From positions 354,954 to 418,953 of the forward strand of contig NMRA01000041.1 of NCBI GenBank assembly GCA_002633005.1: DNA of 64,000 nucleotides, given 5' to 3'. The stretch's first letter is position 1. The number at the start of each line of letters is the position of its first letter. The translations under genes and the position numbers were made by a program. The notes under the pieces are model-generated. The model was not told the origin of the DNA, ran no database searches, and saw nothing but the letters and a program-made list of their open reading frames with translations. Below are positions 38,569-50,744 of the stretch, one piece after another. The DNA comes from Phoronis australis (taxonomy: Eukaryota; Animalia; Phoronida).

Positions 38569-41526
38569 AGGTTTACCTCAGTCTGTATCTTCAAAGGTCC
38601 TTAACGGATTTTCAGAAAACTTGGAATACAAACATCTATTGGTGAGATGATGCTATCCTACACTTTTCAGATGGATTCGGGGTACTTTGCACCACATAGT
38701 GGCCATTTTTCCAGTTTTCGAGTCTTGTTTTTTGGCGTTGACCCCTTGATCAACCAAACCTTTCTAAGGATGATTTTTGAAAATTGGCGTATATGTTCTG
38801 TGTGAAGAGGACGGTTGTCTATAAGGAATTTGACTACTGTAGCACCTCCAAGTGGTAGTTTTGCGCCCATAGCTGCATCTACTGAACAGACTACAGGATC
38901 TTTATTAAATTTAGTAATTATCTTTATATAAAGCCAACTACAGGCAACGACGTCTTTCAGGCGAGTACCAAGAACACTGTCCCCCACAGTGGCAATTTCA
39001 TTGTTTTCCGTTTTCATTTGTTTCTCTGGAGTTCTTTGACAGAGAAAGAAGCTATTGAATGTTCCTGTTTTCAGATGGACTGCACCATCTGGTGGTTATT
39101 TTTATGAAACAAGTAAACAACCCTAGAAGCACACCGTTTGCAGTGTATTTGTTGGCGCATTTCAACGCTCCATGTTGCTCTTGTTACAGTTTATTTTTGA
39201 GGCCAAGGGGTGCAGAACCCCTGCTCGCTAACGTTAAATCTGTCACTGGGGCCAAAGGGGATGGAACACAGTCTGAAGAATCAGAAGATGCCGTCTTCAG
39301 TCCTGCCCCTAGTGGTTACGACAATAACTTTATGCTCAATCCGTGGTATTCTGTTGCATCCGAAGGACACTCTGCAACACATACTGGTCCACGTTTGAGT
39401 TTTTGTCATTGTGAAAATTGAAAACAGTCTATTCTCACTCAAAAAATTGTGTCAGTGATGCACACCGTGGCATCATTCAGCTGCACAGTTGAGCACATCT
39501 ATACTGTACAAGTCTTCCATATTTAACAGTTACCTGGGTCTAGCCAAGTCTAAAGTTAATCCTGGTTTAAGGTCTTAATACAGGTCCAAGGAATATAGAC
39601 CTTGTTGGTGAAATGAAAACTGACTTAGACCAGAATTAAACTGGAAGTTTTGGTGGATGACTAGTCCAAAACTTAAATCAACTTTATGAAATGGGGTTTA
39701 TCTTTAAACCTGGTCTATGTCAATTTGAACCAGGTTCAACTTTAAAGGAGAATGCCACCCAAAAAACAACCTACTTTGTATCAATTTAGATCGAGTAGTT
39801 CTCGATAACGGCACGTTCGACAGATGGAGGTGTTGAAGTTATCCAATGACATAATTGGTTTCACACGCATTCTGTTCAGCAGTTCTCAACACGGGTTAGT
39901 GGTGTCGGCTTATCGCTTGAATTCATCGTTTAACACCAATAAATTATCAAACTTCGATGTAAAACCCTTAATAATTCACCGAGTTCTTATAAAAGCGTAA
40001 TGTTTTATTTCGCTGTTACGGATTTACTGGTATTTGGACACCCAGTAGGCTACAAAGTTTGGCAGGCCAATTTACCAAGGGTAACGCCGTAGCAGGAGTT
40101 TGGGGTTTGTTCGGAGAAAAATTATTCCATGAAATACAGACAGGAGAACCTAGATCTGTGTTGTTTATTCTGTCTTGTGATTTTTTTGAGTTCTANAAAA
40201 TGACTATACAGCGTTGTATTGACCGGGAAGCAACCGGTCTAATACAATTTGTTAACGTCAGGAGTCAAATTAAAGATCAAATGTAAAGAAAACTTTCACG
40301 TTTTTCATCCAAAACTTGTTGCATTGTCCATAATCCAATGTTTACTAATGCCGCTTGCCTTCAACCTTCGAAGTAGTGGTGTTACACAACCGACGTGAAC
40401 TCATGTAACCGAGACAGCAAAACTAGGTTAATTTATTTGACCCTGTGCTAAGAGTGGTATGAAACCTGACAACCTATTACGCAACTGCTACTCTAGACTA
40501 ACAATAGCAGCCGACCAGCTGGTCGTCTGATGGCCGGTCGGCTAAGGGGTCGGCTGAAGGGTCGGCTGTGGGGTCGCCTTATGAGTCGGCACTGAGGGCG
40601 GCTGCCGGTCGGCTAATTTTTAGCCGACCGGTCGGCTAATTTGCCGACCGGTCGACGGCCGGTCGTCGACCAATTTCCGACCGGTCGGCCAAAAATTCGT
40701 GATGTGTGCTGTAGATCTGTGTTGTTTATTCTGTCTTGTGATTTTTTTGAGTTCTAAACACACAAAACGCTTGTTATACCGGCCAGTAGCTCGGAACCCG
40801 ATCAGGCCTGTCGCGGCCGGACTTACTCGTTATCCCGGCCAGTGGCTAGGAACCTGATCAGGCCCCTCGCTGCCGCCGGGACTGGCATGAACATGAACCA
40901 GCTTGAGTTGGAAACTAAACCTCCAGTCACTATAATAGTGAGCCAAAGAAGTAACGTGCACATAATTATTTATGTGAATTAGCCATGAAAGTGAAAATCT
41001 ACTTACTTGTTTAGGGCTGCGAAATTGCCCTTCCGCAGACCTTCAGGGCAAAGGTTGTACAGTAACAATGATTTGAATAATGTTTGTATTAATTCTAAAT
41101 AAAAATTCCCCTAACAATCGAGTAATTGTTTCACAACAGCTTTCTGTCAGCAAACACTGAATTAGCATGCGCTCACATGGCATCGGTGCCTGGTCAGTTA
41201 CCTTTCAATGCCGGCATCAAAAGCTGGTAGCCTAACGCAGTGGTTTATTCATTGCTGGCTTCTCAAAACATTGCACTCACAAGCACTTCAAAGCCTTACA
41301 CATTCTATCTAATGAGACAGACTTTGTTTCAGTTTCTTATAAGCATTGGTTAGGATCATTTTAGGATGAGAACAATTCATTTTGAAACAGATAGCAGAAT
41401 AATAAACGTCTACATGGCAACTCTCCCGGCGTCAATCTCGACTTAGTCAAGAGCTCATCCGACGAAGACTTCACGGGTCGTATCCTTAGGTTTCACAGGC
41501 TATTAGTTCCAACCCGAATACACTAA

Positions 41527-41823
41527 TCAAGAAATACTAGAGAGGTACTGTGAACATGCATAAGCAACGGAACGTATGGATAGTTCTTTGGTAAGCCGGA
41601 ATTCGTCAGAGAAATCACTGTCGACGAAATGCCGGCCACAGACACGGAGATGTTTCACGGCTTTATACTTGCTATTAACAGCATACCTTTCATTCTTCAC
41701 TACCGCGAGCCACTCCCTAAGCATTTCGGGCTCTCGAAGAAGTCGAAAAAACGATATACCCGCTTTCTTCGCAGCTTCATAGTTCGAACAAGTGGGATTC
41801 GATGCACCACAATATAACGGCAT
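41527..41823 (-). CDS. Truncated THAP-domain ORF (98 aa) inside Kolobok-like element
   Basis: MPLYCGASNPTCSN...ISFFRL...W...LRVCGRHF; no AVPT motif or DDE domain follows. Confidence 0.7.
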   Translation of the reverse strand: MPLYCGASNPTCSNYEAAKKAGISFFRLLREPEMLREWLAVVKNERYAVNSKYKAVKHLRVCGRHFVDSDFSDEFRLTKELSIRSVAYACSQYLSSIS

Positions 41824-41941
41824 TCTCTCTGCAGATGAACCACTGATGTCGCTGCGTCGCTTCTCACCTTCCTCACAGGTTAACGCGACACCTCTCAGCA
41901 AGGTGAGGTCAACCGTATAAGAGGCGATGTGGATATAGACC

Positions 41942-42284
41942 TCAGACCGGCAATCTAGAGACCTGTGGTTCGATTCCTTCTTGGGGTTCCTGATTTTTCT
42001 GTGTTTATTTGATATATCTCATTACTGGCCAACCTCAGCGTCTCTATATTCACTATATCTAATTAAGACATACTGTTAAATTGCTGATTGTATAATTGTC
42101 TAAATCGCGTGTGTATAATGTGAAATGCCGCTCATGGGATGTTTGACTTAACATTTGGCTGTAAACAGTAATTGCACAGATATCGGGTCCGCAGTTGCCC
42201 AGTGGTGAGAGCACTAGACCGGCAATCTAGAGACCTGTGGTTCGATTCCCAGTTGGGGTTCCTGATTTTTGTGTGTTTATGCTA
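41942..42284 (+). mobile_element. tRNA-derived insertion with terminal direct repeats and 12 bp target duplication
   Basis: tggatatagacc at 41930-41941 and 42285-42296; absent from copy 2; ttgcccagtgg A box, ggttcgattcc B box. Confidence 0.75.
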
Positions 42285-42416
42285 TGGATATAGACCGATT
42301 AAGACGGTAAAAAAGACTAATTAAATCGGTTGGCATTCTCCTTTAAACCTCCTAAAGTTTATGAAATCAGCTGTATACATGTAAATGTGACTTTGAAGTC
42401 GTTTATCCTTTATTAG

Positions 42417-42558
42417 TGTGGCACACAAGTTCTTCCATCAATGTGCTGATGAAGTTGACGATAAGCGCAGTAGCGAACTGAAAGAAGTCATATTGGATTA
42501 CTTTGACCACACACCTCTACCTGATGGTGACGCTATACAGCCACCAGTTGTAGCTCCT
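42417..42558 (+). CDS. RECQL4: RECQL4 exon
   Basis: SSELKEVILDYF; ttattag / gtaagt; phase 2-0 fits neighbours. Confidence 0.87.
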
Positions 42559-44301
42559 GTAAGTAGATGTATGGTTTTAGGCTGTTCCAGTTCCTTAGAT
42601 TCATTTAGAAAATACGAAGGTCTGATTTGATGCCAAATACGTTTCTCAAGCTCTACTTATATTTACACATAACGTCATATGGAAAATGCCGAATATTGAC
42701 TAGTGTATCGAATGAAACCCCACTCAATCAGTCCAATGGTCTAACTTCAGTTTTGGGTCTTAAGTAGCAGACACTCTGACCCTGTGAAGACTTCTTCAAT
42801 AATTATTGCAGATTATCCAATTACTGTAGTGAGTCGAATGAAGTCACTAAATTAACCCAAATTTACTGATTTGAAAATTTAATCCATGCAGGCTTATGCA
42901 GTGAAGGTTAAAATTTCTTTCATTCACTTTGACCATTCACTACTAACTTCATTGCACACGTATTCAAACGATCAGTTGGTGAATAGTTTAATAAGTATTT
43001 GAATTTATTCGAAGAAAGGAAAACATGTCAAAAACGTTCAGCTTGCGAATGCTGTACATACATACAGTAATGTACATGATAACATCACACAGAATTATAC
43101 AAACTTCGTAACGATTGAGCGTGATAACACTGAGCTGAGGACGTCGCTTGTTACACTGTATAATGTGCTTATAGCTGTTGGTGTGTTTACACATTGACTT
43201 CACTTGCATTTGTGTATGTATGAAATATGTAGCATGCATACGATAATGCCGTGTGAAAATTCACTAATATACAAGTGAGGCAACTCCTGTCTCGGCGACT
43301 TATACACCTTGCTCTCCTTATTCAAGTATTATTTAAATATGCAATATTCTTGTCATTTGCTAGCAACTTAATTAAATGTTGATGTCGACAATATTCTGTT
43401 ATAAAATTATTGTTGTTTGATGGCAATCTTTTTATATGTTGGCTTGGAACAGCCAGTTATTTGATGTGCCAAAACAGTGTTACGTGCTAAATTGGCTAGT
43501 TCATGAAACACATTATATGGAGTGATCAGGGTAGACAATCTTTAAAGAACTCAAAAGTTCGCAGGATCAGTTTTTCTTTTCTTGTAAGTGCACTTCCTGT
43601 CTCATTAGGTGCAGTTCTTTTCTCATGTGCCTCAATTCTTTGCTCTAAAATGCATACTATATTAGTGTCCCATAGTAATGTATAGATTTGACATATTGTA
43701 CCAAGCATGTCCAACATAGTGTACAGATTTGATTCGTTGTATCAACCATTTGCTAGGTTAAGTGTAACACATTGTGGTCTTCCTGTCATGTTTAAAAAGT
43801 AATGTGGTTTATGAGAAACAAACCCAGTGTGGAAGAAATGAATTGCAGGTATAAATGAGAAAGGTTGAGTTTGGGAGAACATAATTGCAATCCATTGCAA
43901 AAGACCTTCAGTTGGCAAGAAAATAACTGTGTTAATGAGAGAAGAATTTTAATGAGAAACGAAGTGTTAATGAGAAAAGAACTGTGTAAATGAGAAGTGT
44001 ATGATGTAAGTGAGAATGCAATGTTAAAGAGAAAAATTGTCTAACATCTTGGTGGTTTTCGGAAGAAAATGACCAGCCACCTTATTAAACCTGGTCTTGA
44101 GCAATCAGGAACAGATTGTGCTTCCCAACATTTTACTTCCAATTTGAGTAAAGAACAAGTTAGTTGTGATCAATTTTAGCTCTCTGGTAAATGGTCTGAA
44201 TCAAAAGTTAGTTCATTCATAGAAGGCAGTTACATTAGTAAGCTTATTATGAATTAACATCCATCAGGTTCATAGATTACTAGATTTTTCTTTGTTTTCA
44301 G

Positions 44302-44541
44302 TTGTCAAGTGATGTTGAGTGCCATGTAAGATCCGACATTCGAAACTTTATTAACATCTATGGTTCTGAGCACGTGCTCACAGGCCGTGCCATCGCCCGC
44401 ATCTTTCATGGAATTGGCAGTCCGTGCTTCCCCATAGAATCATGGTGTAGAGTGCGTCGATTTTGGAGAGCTCATCTTTACACCAACTTTAACCAGATCT
44501 GCCAAATTGCAACCAGAGAGCTGGTAAAGATGAGAACTTGA
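44302..44541 (+). CDS. RECQL4: RECQL4 terminal exon
   Basis: VRSDIRNF...TGRAIARIFHGIGSPCFP...W...RRFWR, characteristic RECQL4 C-terminus; TGA at 44539-44541. Confidence 0.95.
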   Translation: MSSDVECHVRSDIRNFINIYGSEHVLTGRAIARIFHGIGSPCFPIESWCRVRRFWRAHLYTNFNQICQIATRELVKMRT

Positions 44542-44659
44542 GTGTTGCTCTTACAAGTAAATCATCCATTTTGTTGATGATCAATTATAGTACTGTTATC
44601 TTGTATCATGGATTCAATTGATTTTTTGTACTGCTGGCTGCAACAGACGTGTAATATGT

Positions 44660-44665
44660 AATAAA
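44660..44665 (+). terminator. Candidate polyadenylation signal of RECQL4
   Basis: AATAAA ~120 nt after the stop codon. Confidence 0.45.
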
Positions 44666-47600
44666 ATGCTATATCTTCATCTCTGTATACAAAACCAAAT
44701 GAAGCTTAAACTTGATCAGATGAATCAAATGTTCTGTACATCAATCTTTATAAGAGAGCAAAAATTGATATGCAAGACAAAGCATAGATTTGTTGGCTGC
44801 AAGTCATCCAATGGAGAATCCAGAAAATGTCATGCATGCAACTGTCTGCTTGATAAGCTTCAAGGTTCAGGTGATATGTACATGTATGTACCGTAGCTAT
44901 AAGCACAAGAATTTTGAATAACGGCGGCCTTAATTTGCATAAATTATGCAAATTGACAATGTATCAACCAAAACATGCACAATTAAATTTGCTGACCTTA
45001 GGAACATGGGTGAAAACGTCAATATTATCTGCCTGCAGGGCTTGATAAGGAAATTATAAGCAAAACTTTTGGTTTTGATACAAATGGAGAGTGAATTCTA
45101 CCTTGAATTTACAATATTATTGAAAGTAAGTAGGGATCTATTCAAGCAAGTCCCCCAATTTAAGGACTGATAGTCCCTATTTATTTTCAATGAACTCGGG
45201 GCTCAGTTTCTAGTAATATTATTAGAAAATGTCATTAATCAAAGAGGAGCTCATAACAAAATGAAATGATAGAAAATATTGCATACCTGAGTTCATAAAG
45301 ACACAATTACCAAAACAAATTTAGGGACCTTAGTTGAGTCCCTATTTGGGACTTATTCATGTAACTGGCCACTGGCTCCAGTCTATATGCTGAGAAATAC
45401 AGCGTCCTTCATTCAACAAGCTATGGCAATTTGGAGCGAAATTCACAGTATTTGATGAATTGGCTAGAATATATTGTTTGTATATTAAGGTAATTAACTG
45501 TGGGTCAATGGCCCTATGAGTTTGTTTGTTTGATGAGCTGGCAGTTCAATTGGATTAGATGCTACTCTTACCTAAGATGACCTGAAATTCTGGCTACTTC
45601 AAGTACTACTAAGCGGGAAAATGAAGTGATTTTTACAGATTGCTTTTTTACTGTATGTCTACCAGCAGTGCTGGTTTGGATCATCTGTACCCCACAATCG
45701 TTTGTGTGTATTGTTTTTAAAGGTTAACGAATCTTTCATCTTCAACTCACTACGCCACCTGATGGTAAGATATAAAACAAACTGACCTTGGTGTTGAGGC
45801 GTCTCCTGCTTGGTGGAGAATGGCATTTATTTAGTCTTAACAATTTGCTAGTGATACTCTGATACTAGATTGAGATGTTCTCAGATTAGTTTCATACACC
45901 AACAAACTAACGTAAGATTGGAGTTAACCCTACAAATATAAACATATTTCGTTTATTAAGTGGGAGAACACATTATCCCGCTGTTGGAATATTGATTAAA
46001 CAATGTTATTTTGGATTTCAGTGGATGATTGGATCAACAAAACTGAAACTCTTTTGAGCTTTCAAATTTAAATATATTTTTTGGAAATGTTAATCTAATT
46101 GTATGTCTAGGAAATTTTCCTATTTATTGACAAGGTCTTAAAAACACACCTCCCAATTTGATATAGGTTGTAGTTGAAAAGAGAAGTCTGCACATTTCAA
46201 AGTCAAAAAATATTTTGCAATAATCTAAAATTGGACGATTTTAATAACCGATACTTTTATTTTGAGGCATTTTATTTTTGAGTTGTAAGTGACCCCCACC
46301 GAGTGTCATTTCCATTCATTCGAGAGGTTACAGATATTAGACCCTAGGCATTTTGATAAAAACATAAACGTGAATACTAATTGAAGAAAACAAACATTTA
46401 TTGGCAGCTTGTACTGTGTCCAACTGCTCAATCGATGTCTATTTGTTGATATCGTACAAGGTAAGGCCATTTTATCATTTCCATGAGAACTGAATGTTTT
46501 ACATTGAATTATATGCAACCTATTTCAATTGAGATATTGATCAACACGTTAGGAGTGCAGGCCCGTAGACCACATTGTGCGGGAGGTTGGTTGGGGCGGA
46601 ATTTTGATATTTTGCAAACGTTGACGATGTAAGTGTGGTTTTCGGTAAGTCCCTTAACACTACACAGCTTAATAAGAGGTGAGGGAAATTTGTATACACA
46701 ACGATGACTCAACTCTATGGTCCCGAGATGAGACGGAATTCGTAATATCAGAAATGAGGATGCCGTTATGGTTGCTCGCAAAGAATGGTACTCAAGATCG
46801 GGTGTAATGTGGTCGAGAAAGGGAACATTCTCGTGTTACTCCATACCAAAATTTCATACCAGGCGATGCTTAAATGAGTGATTACTCCTCATTACATACT
46901 CGGACGACAGTATTTACAGTGTAGTCGGAAAATGATTTGAATTTTTTATCTGGTTGTATGTTGCGTGTTATTTAAATTGCTTACATCGCTGGAAATGCAA
47001 ACAGCCAACTATTCCAAATGTTTACTACTCTGAAGGCTCACTATTCGGAAGGTTCGCTACTCCGAAAATTTCTAAAACTTAGGACTATGATGTAATTTTT
47101 ATGGTGTACCTATACCCAAAACAATGCCCTGGTTTCATGGGCATGCGAAATTGCCCGTATGTCTTACGAATTGAGTACGTACCTGGATTTTTACTGTAAA
47201 TGAATATGAAGTAGAAATATTGATTAATTATCAAGCACGATACATTCATCAAATCCATGTCAAGGTCGCATGATTTCACAATGGACTGAAATGCTTTGGT
47301 TCGCTGCCGGGCCTCAACCTCACCCACCAGCTACCATGTCCTTGCCAGTCTTCACGAACTCGAAGAGTTCCATTCAGTCTCCCTAAATGTCGCCGTTGGT
47401 CGCTGCAGCCTGGACTCGTTTGTGTTCATGCTTGAGAATGAGTTGCAAGTTAGATTCAAGGCAGTGATTGGAATATTTGTAAACTACGTAATCTAAGTTT
47501 TAAGAGCTATTCAACTTTCCACACACTTTAAAATGTTAAATTCCGATTTTATAGCAACGATCGAGGACTGCCCATAGCGAACTTACCATCGTGTACTGAA

Positions 47601-50352
47601 TTTCAAAGAATGGAAACGCACACACGTGTAAAAACATGCATGTCAACCCACAATCAAAGTGGACATTGGATCATGCGTGCACCCAGCCTTCGATATGGGG
47701 AGCTCGAATTCCCGTTGTTGTGGACCATTAGCTAACAAAAGAGCGGGCGGACGTACAAAAAAAAAACGGAAGCACTTCTTTGCATTGTGGCTTTGCGCTT
47801 ATTTAGTGGATTTTCGAGCCCCCCCCCCCATCCGCTGCGTGCGCGCGTGTGGATGAACATAATTGACGACCACTCCAGTTCGAAATTTGAAAATTCTTGC
47901 ATTTTTCAGTACCCTGGCAGCAAATGTTCCAAAATAGCAGTTAACAAACATTTCTGCTGTTTTGTTTCGTGGTCTATTTTATGGCATTCACACCGCACTA
48001 CTTTTTGGCAGCTCTGTCGCAGCTATGTAGCCTAGCTAGGTATCTAGAGTCCCGTGTTACCCCATATTGTAGCCACCACGCGCGTTCAATGCCCATGAAT
48101 AACATAAAGCCTCCTCTAAATGGTCTGCAGGATCTAGCTTTTATCAAACAGAATTCGGGCGAAGTTGGACAGGTACATGTACGGCCAGATGGTTACGTGA
48201 ATCAAATTCAAAATTATTAGGCCTACTAACTTAGAAGTACCAGTAGCTGCCCATCTGTATCCCGATACTGGACCTTTTCTGCGGGGATTCCACCGAACCC
48301 CCNNNNNNNNNNNCCCCCCCCCCCCCCTTGGCTACGGGCGTGGAGTGTAGTAGGCCCCTTAAAAGAGAATGCCACCCAAAAAAAAACACCTGTCTTGTAT
48401 ACTCGATAACGGCACGTTCGGTTGCGTAACCTGACGGCAGACGGAGATGTTGAAATTAGCCAATGACGTAATTGGTTTCACACGCAGTCTGTTCAACATT
48501 TCACAACACGGGTTAGTGGTCTTAGCTTATCGCTTGAATTCATCTTTTAACAGCAATAAATCACCAAACTTCGATGTAAAACCCTTAAAAATACACGGAG
48601 TTCTGATAAATAAAAACGTGTTGTTTTATTTCGCTGTTACGGATTTACTGGTATTTGGACACATAGCCAAAGTTCAGCAGGCCAATTTACCAAGGTCCGT
48701 AGCAGGAGTTTGGGGTCTGTTCGGAGATAAATTCGAAGTTATTCTTCCTTGAAATACAGACAGGAGAACCTAAATATATGTCTTTTATACTTAGGATTTT
48801 TTGAATTCTAGACACACAAAACGCTTGTTATCCCGGCCAGTAACTCGGAACCCGATCACTAGGCCTTCAAAACTGCTCGGTGCGCTCAATTCAAAGAAAA
48901 AAGGAAACACTAACAGTGACAATAGAAGTCGAGATTAATAGTACCTGGCTATTTGCAAAGTATGCAAGAAATTCGCACACAAAATGAGAATATACAGAGC
49001 CCTTACACAAATGGCCTAACCACAAGCACAACTATGAGCAAAACGGTCGTATTCCAATATGCAACATTTCTAGGTTCACGATAGAGTTTTAAAGGTATTA
49101 AACCGTTTTCAAAATTATTGGCCAAGTACTTTCTCTTTTTCCAACCCTAGCAATTGACAAAAACACAGTTACACTGAACGAAGTTTATATTTTTCATGTT
49201 ATGCACAGGTCCTTTTCATAAATGTACTATAAGAAAAGACATCTGCCTTAGCAAAAAAAAAAACTATCAAAAATTATCAACATTCCAAGATCATAAAGCA
49301 ACATATTAAGTTGGAGGGAATGTCAGCCAACATGGGTGTTATTACGATATAAAAAGTTTGGACATGGCTCCCCCTATACCAGAGTAACTGCGTGTGTTCG
49401 CCAGTCACATGGTCATTGAAATGATGTTGACCTAAAAAAATTAGCAAGGCACCTTTCCTCTTGGATAATTGAGGGCCCTGATTTTATACTTGTGACATTT
49501 AGTGAGCTGATTAGATATGACAGGTTGCGTATTTTGATTTGAAAAAAAACTACCAGTGTCTAGTCTCGATTAATATTTGACCCGACAAATTGTGAGCTAA
49601 AACTGGTAAAGTTACTTAAAGAATAAGGAGAGATTTATGTAATATGAAAATAGTAAATTTAAAGGTTGAGTTCATATTGCATGTTTGAGATATCTCAAAT
49701 CAGGTCAGGTTTATGCCCTGGGTACTTTTCAACGGTATTAAAATACTTCGGACTCGCTCACACCACGTTGTGAGTGTAAAAAGTTATTGAGAGACTGGAT
49801 CGCGTTTGCTGATGAAAAACAGTCTTCTGTTCATCGCACGACTTGATTCGAACTAACAGTGAGTCGACACACAAGTAGGTTTCCCCGAAATTAATTTTTA
49901 TGGTTAAGCTGCAAGCCAAGTTGGCGAATGGACTTAGCTATACCGTCGCCAGTGCCACTCAGAACTCGCCAATGGTGGCAAATGGCTAGCATGAGCCTAG
50001 ACTGTCCATATTAGAATGACCTAATTATTCTAATGCAGGCAAATCCCGATCCGGTCTAGAGTATCACCATCAGATATCACAACTTAAAGGCGAAGGCAAC
50101 CTTTTTCCATGTCATTTTGAGCTAAAATAAGGTTGGTTGGTTATCCTAGACATATTTTTCACTTAATTACAGCTTTTCGTAATTTTATTAATTATTCGTC
50201 CGCTTTTCCGGAAGTGACGTTTTAGGAGGCAAGCGCTTCCCGCCAATTTCTTTTCACATAGTCTGACTGTGAGAGCTGCCGAGTCAGTCATTGTTCTACC
50301 TCGGTTGTGTTAAGTTCCGTCGTCGTTCGCTTTCATTTACTAGTCAGTCAAC

Positions 50353-50430
50353 ATGCCACACTGTTGCTGCGTACCGGGATGTAGTAATTATCGGCTCACG
50401 CGCGNCGGTCCGCCAAGTATACCACATACA
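50353..50430 (+). pseudogene. THAP N-terminal stub
   Basis: MPHCCCVPGCSNY. Confidence 0.6.
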
Positions 50431-50432
50431 CT

Positions 50433-50744
50433 CTAATGGAGGAAGAGACCAAAAAGATAATTGATGTGGAACTCGGAACAGCACAAGCATTCAATTGAGG
50501 TAGGCATAACAACGCACACAGTGCATTTGCACCAAGATGTGTCACCACGTCTGTCTTCAGTAGCCGCCTCGTTTCTCTCAACAGCTGCCTGTGCCTGTGT
50601 GTACTCTGCCTCGTTGTACTCGGGCTCAAACATGTACCCACCCACTGAATGTCCGTGAAAAAATTCCTCGTCACCACTGCTGTGAACAAGGTCTCCGTCA
50701 CTCACACTACTGTCACTGTGATACGGGTCACCGACTCCAGCCAT
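50433..50744 (-). CDS. Truncated cysteine-rich protein resembling KolX / P2X7 C-terminal zinc-coordinating domain
   Basis: Acidic N-terminus, YMFEPEY, WCKCTVCVVMPTSIECLCCSE. Confidence 0.7.
   Translation of the reverse strand: MAGVGDPYHSDSSVSDGDLVHSSGDEEFFHGHSVGGYMFEPEYNEAEYTQAQAAVERNEAATEDRRGDTSWCKCTVCVVMPTSIECLCCSEFHINYLFGLFLH

Larger units (their letters stand above)
39746..42342 (+). mobile_element. Non-autonomous Kolobok-like DNA transposon, family A copy 1
   Basis: TTAA at 39742-39745 and 42343-42346; perfect 12 bp TIR AGGAGAATGCCA; internal THAP ORF. Confidence 0.85.

Noticed and set aside
39059-39421. 120 aa ORF as an extra RECQL4 exon
   Set aside because: Flanking exons already join in phase; sequence overlaps repeat ends
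42185-42260. Functional tRNA gene
   Set aside because: Acceptor stem pairs poorly and the unit lies within a TSD-flanked insertion
46500-47500. Possible LINE or MULE coding remnants
   Set aside because: Motifs too weak to support without a search
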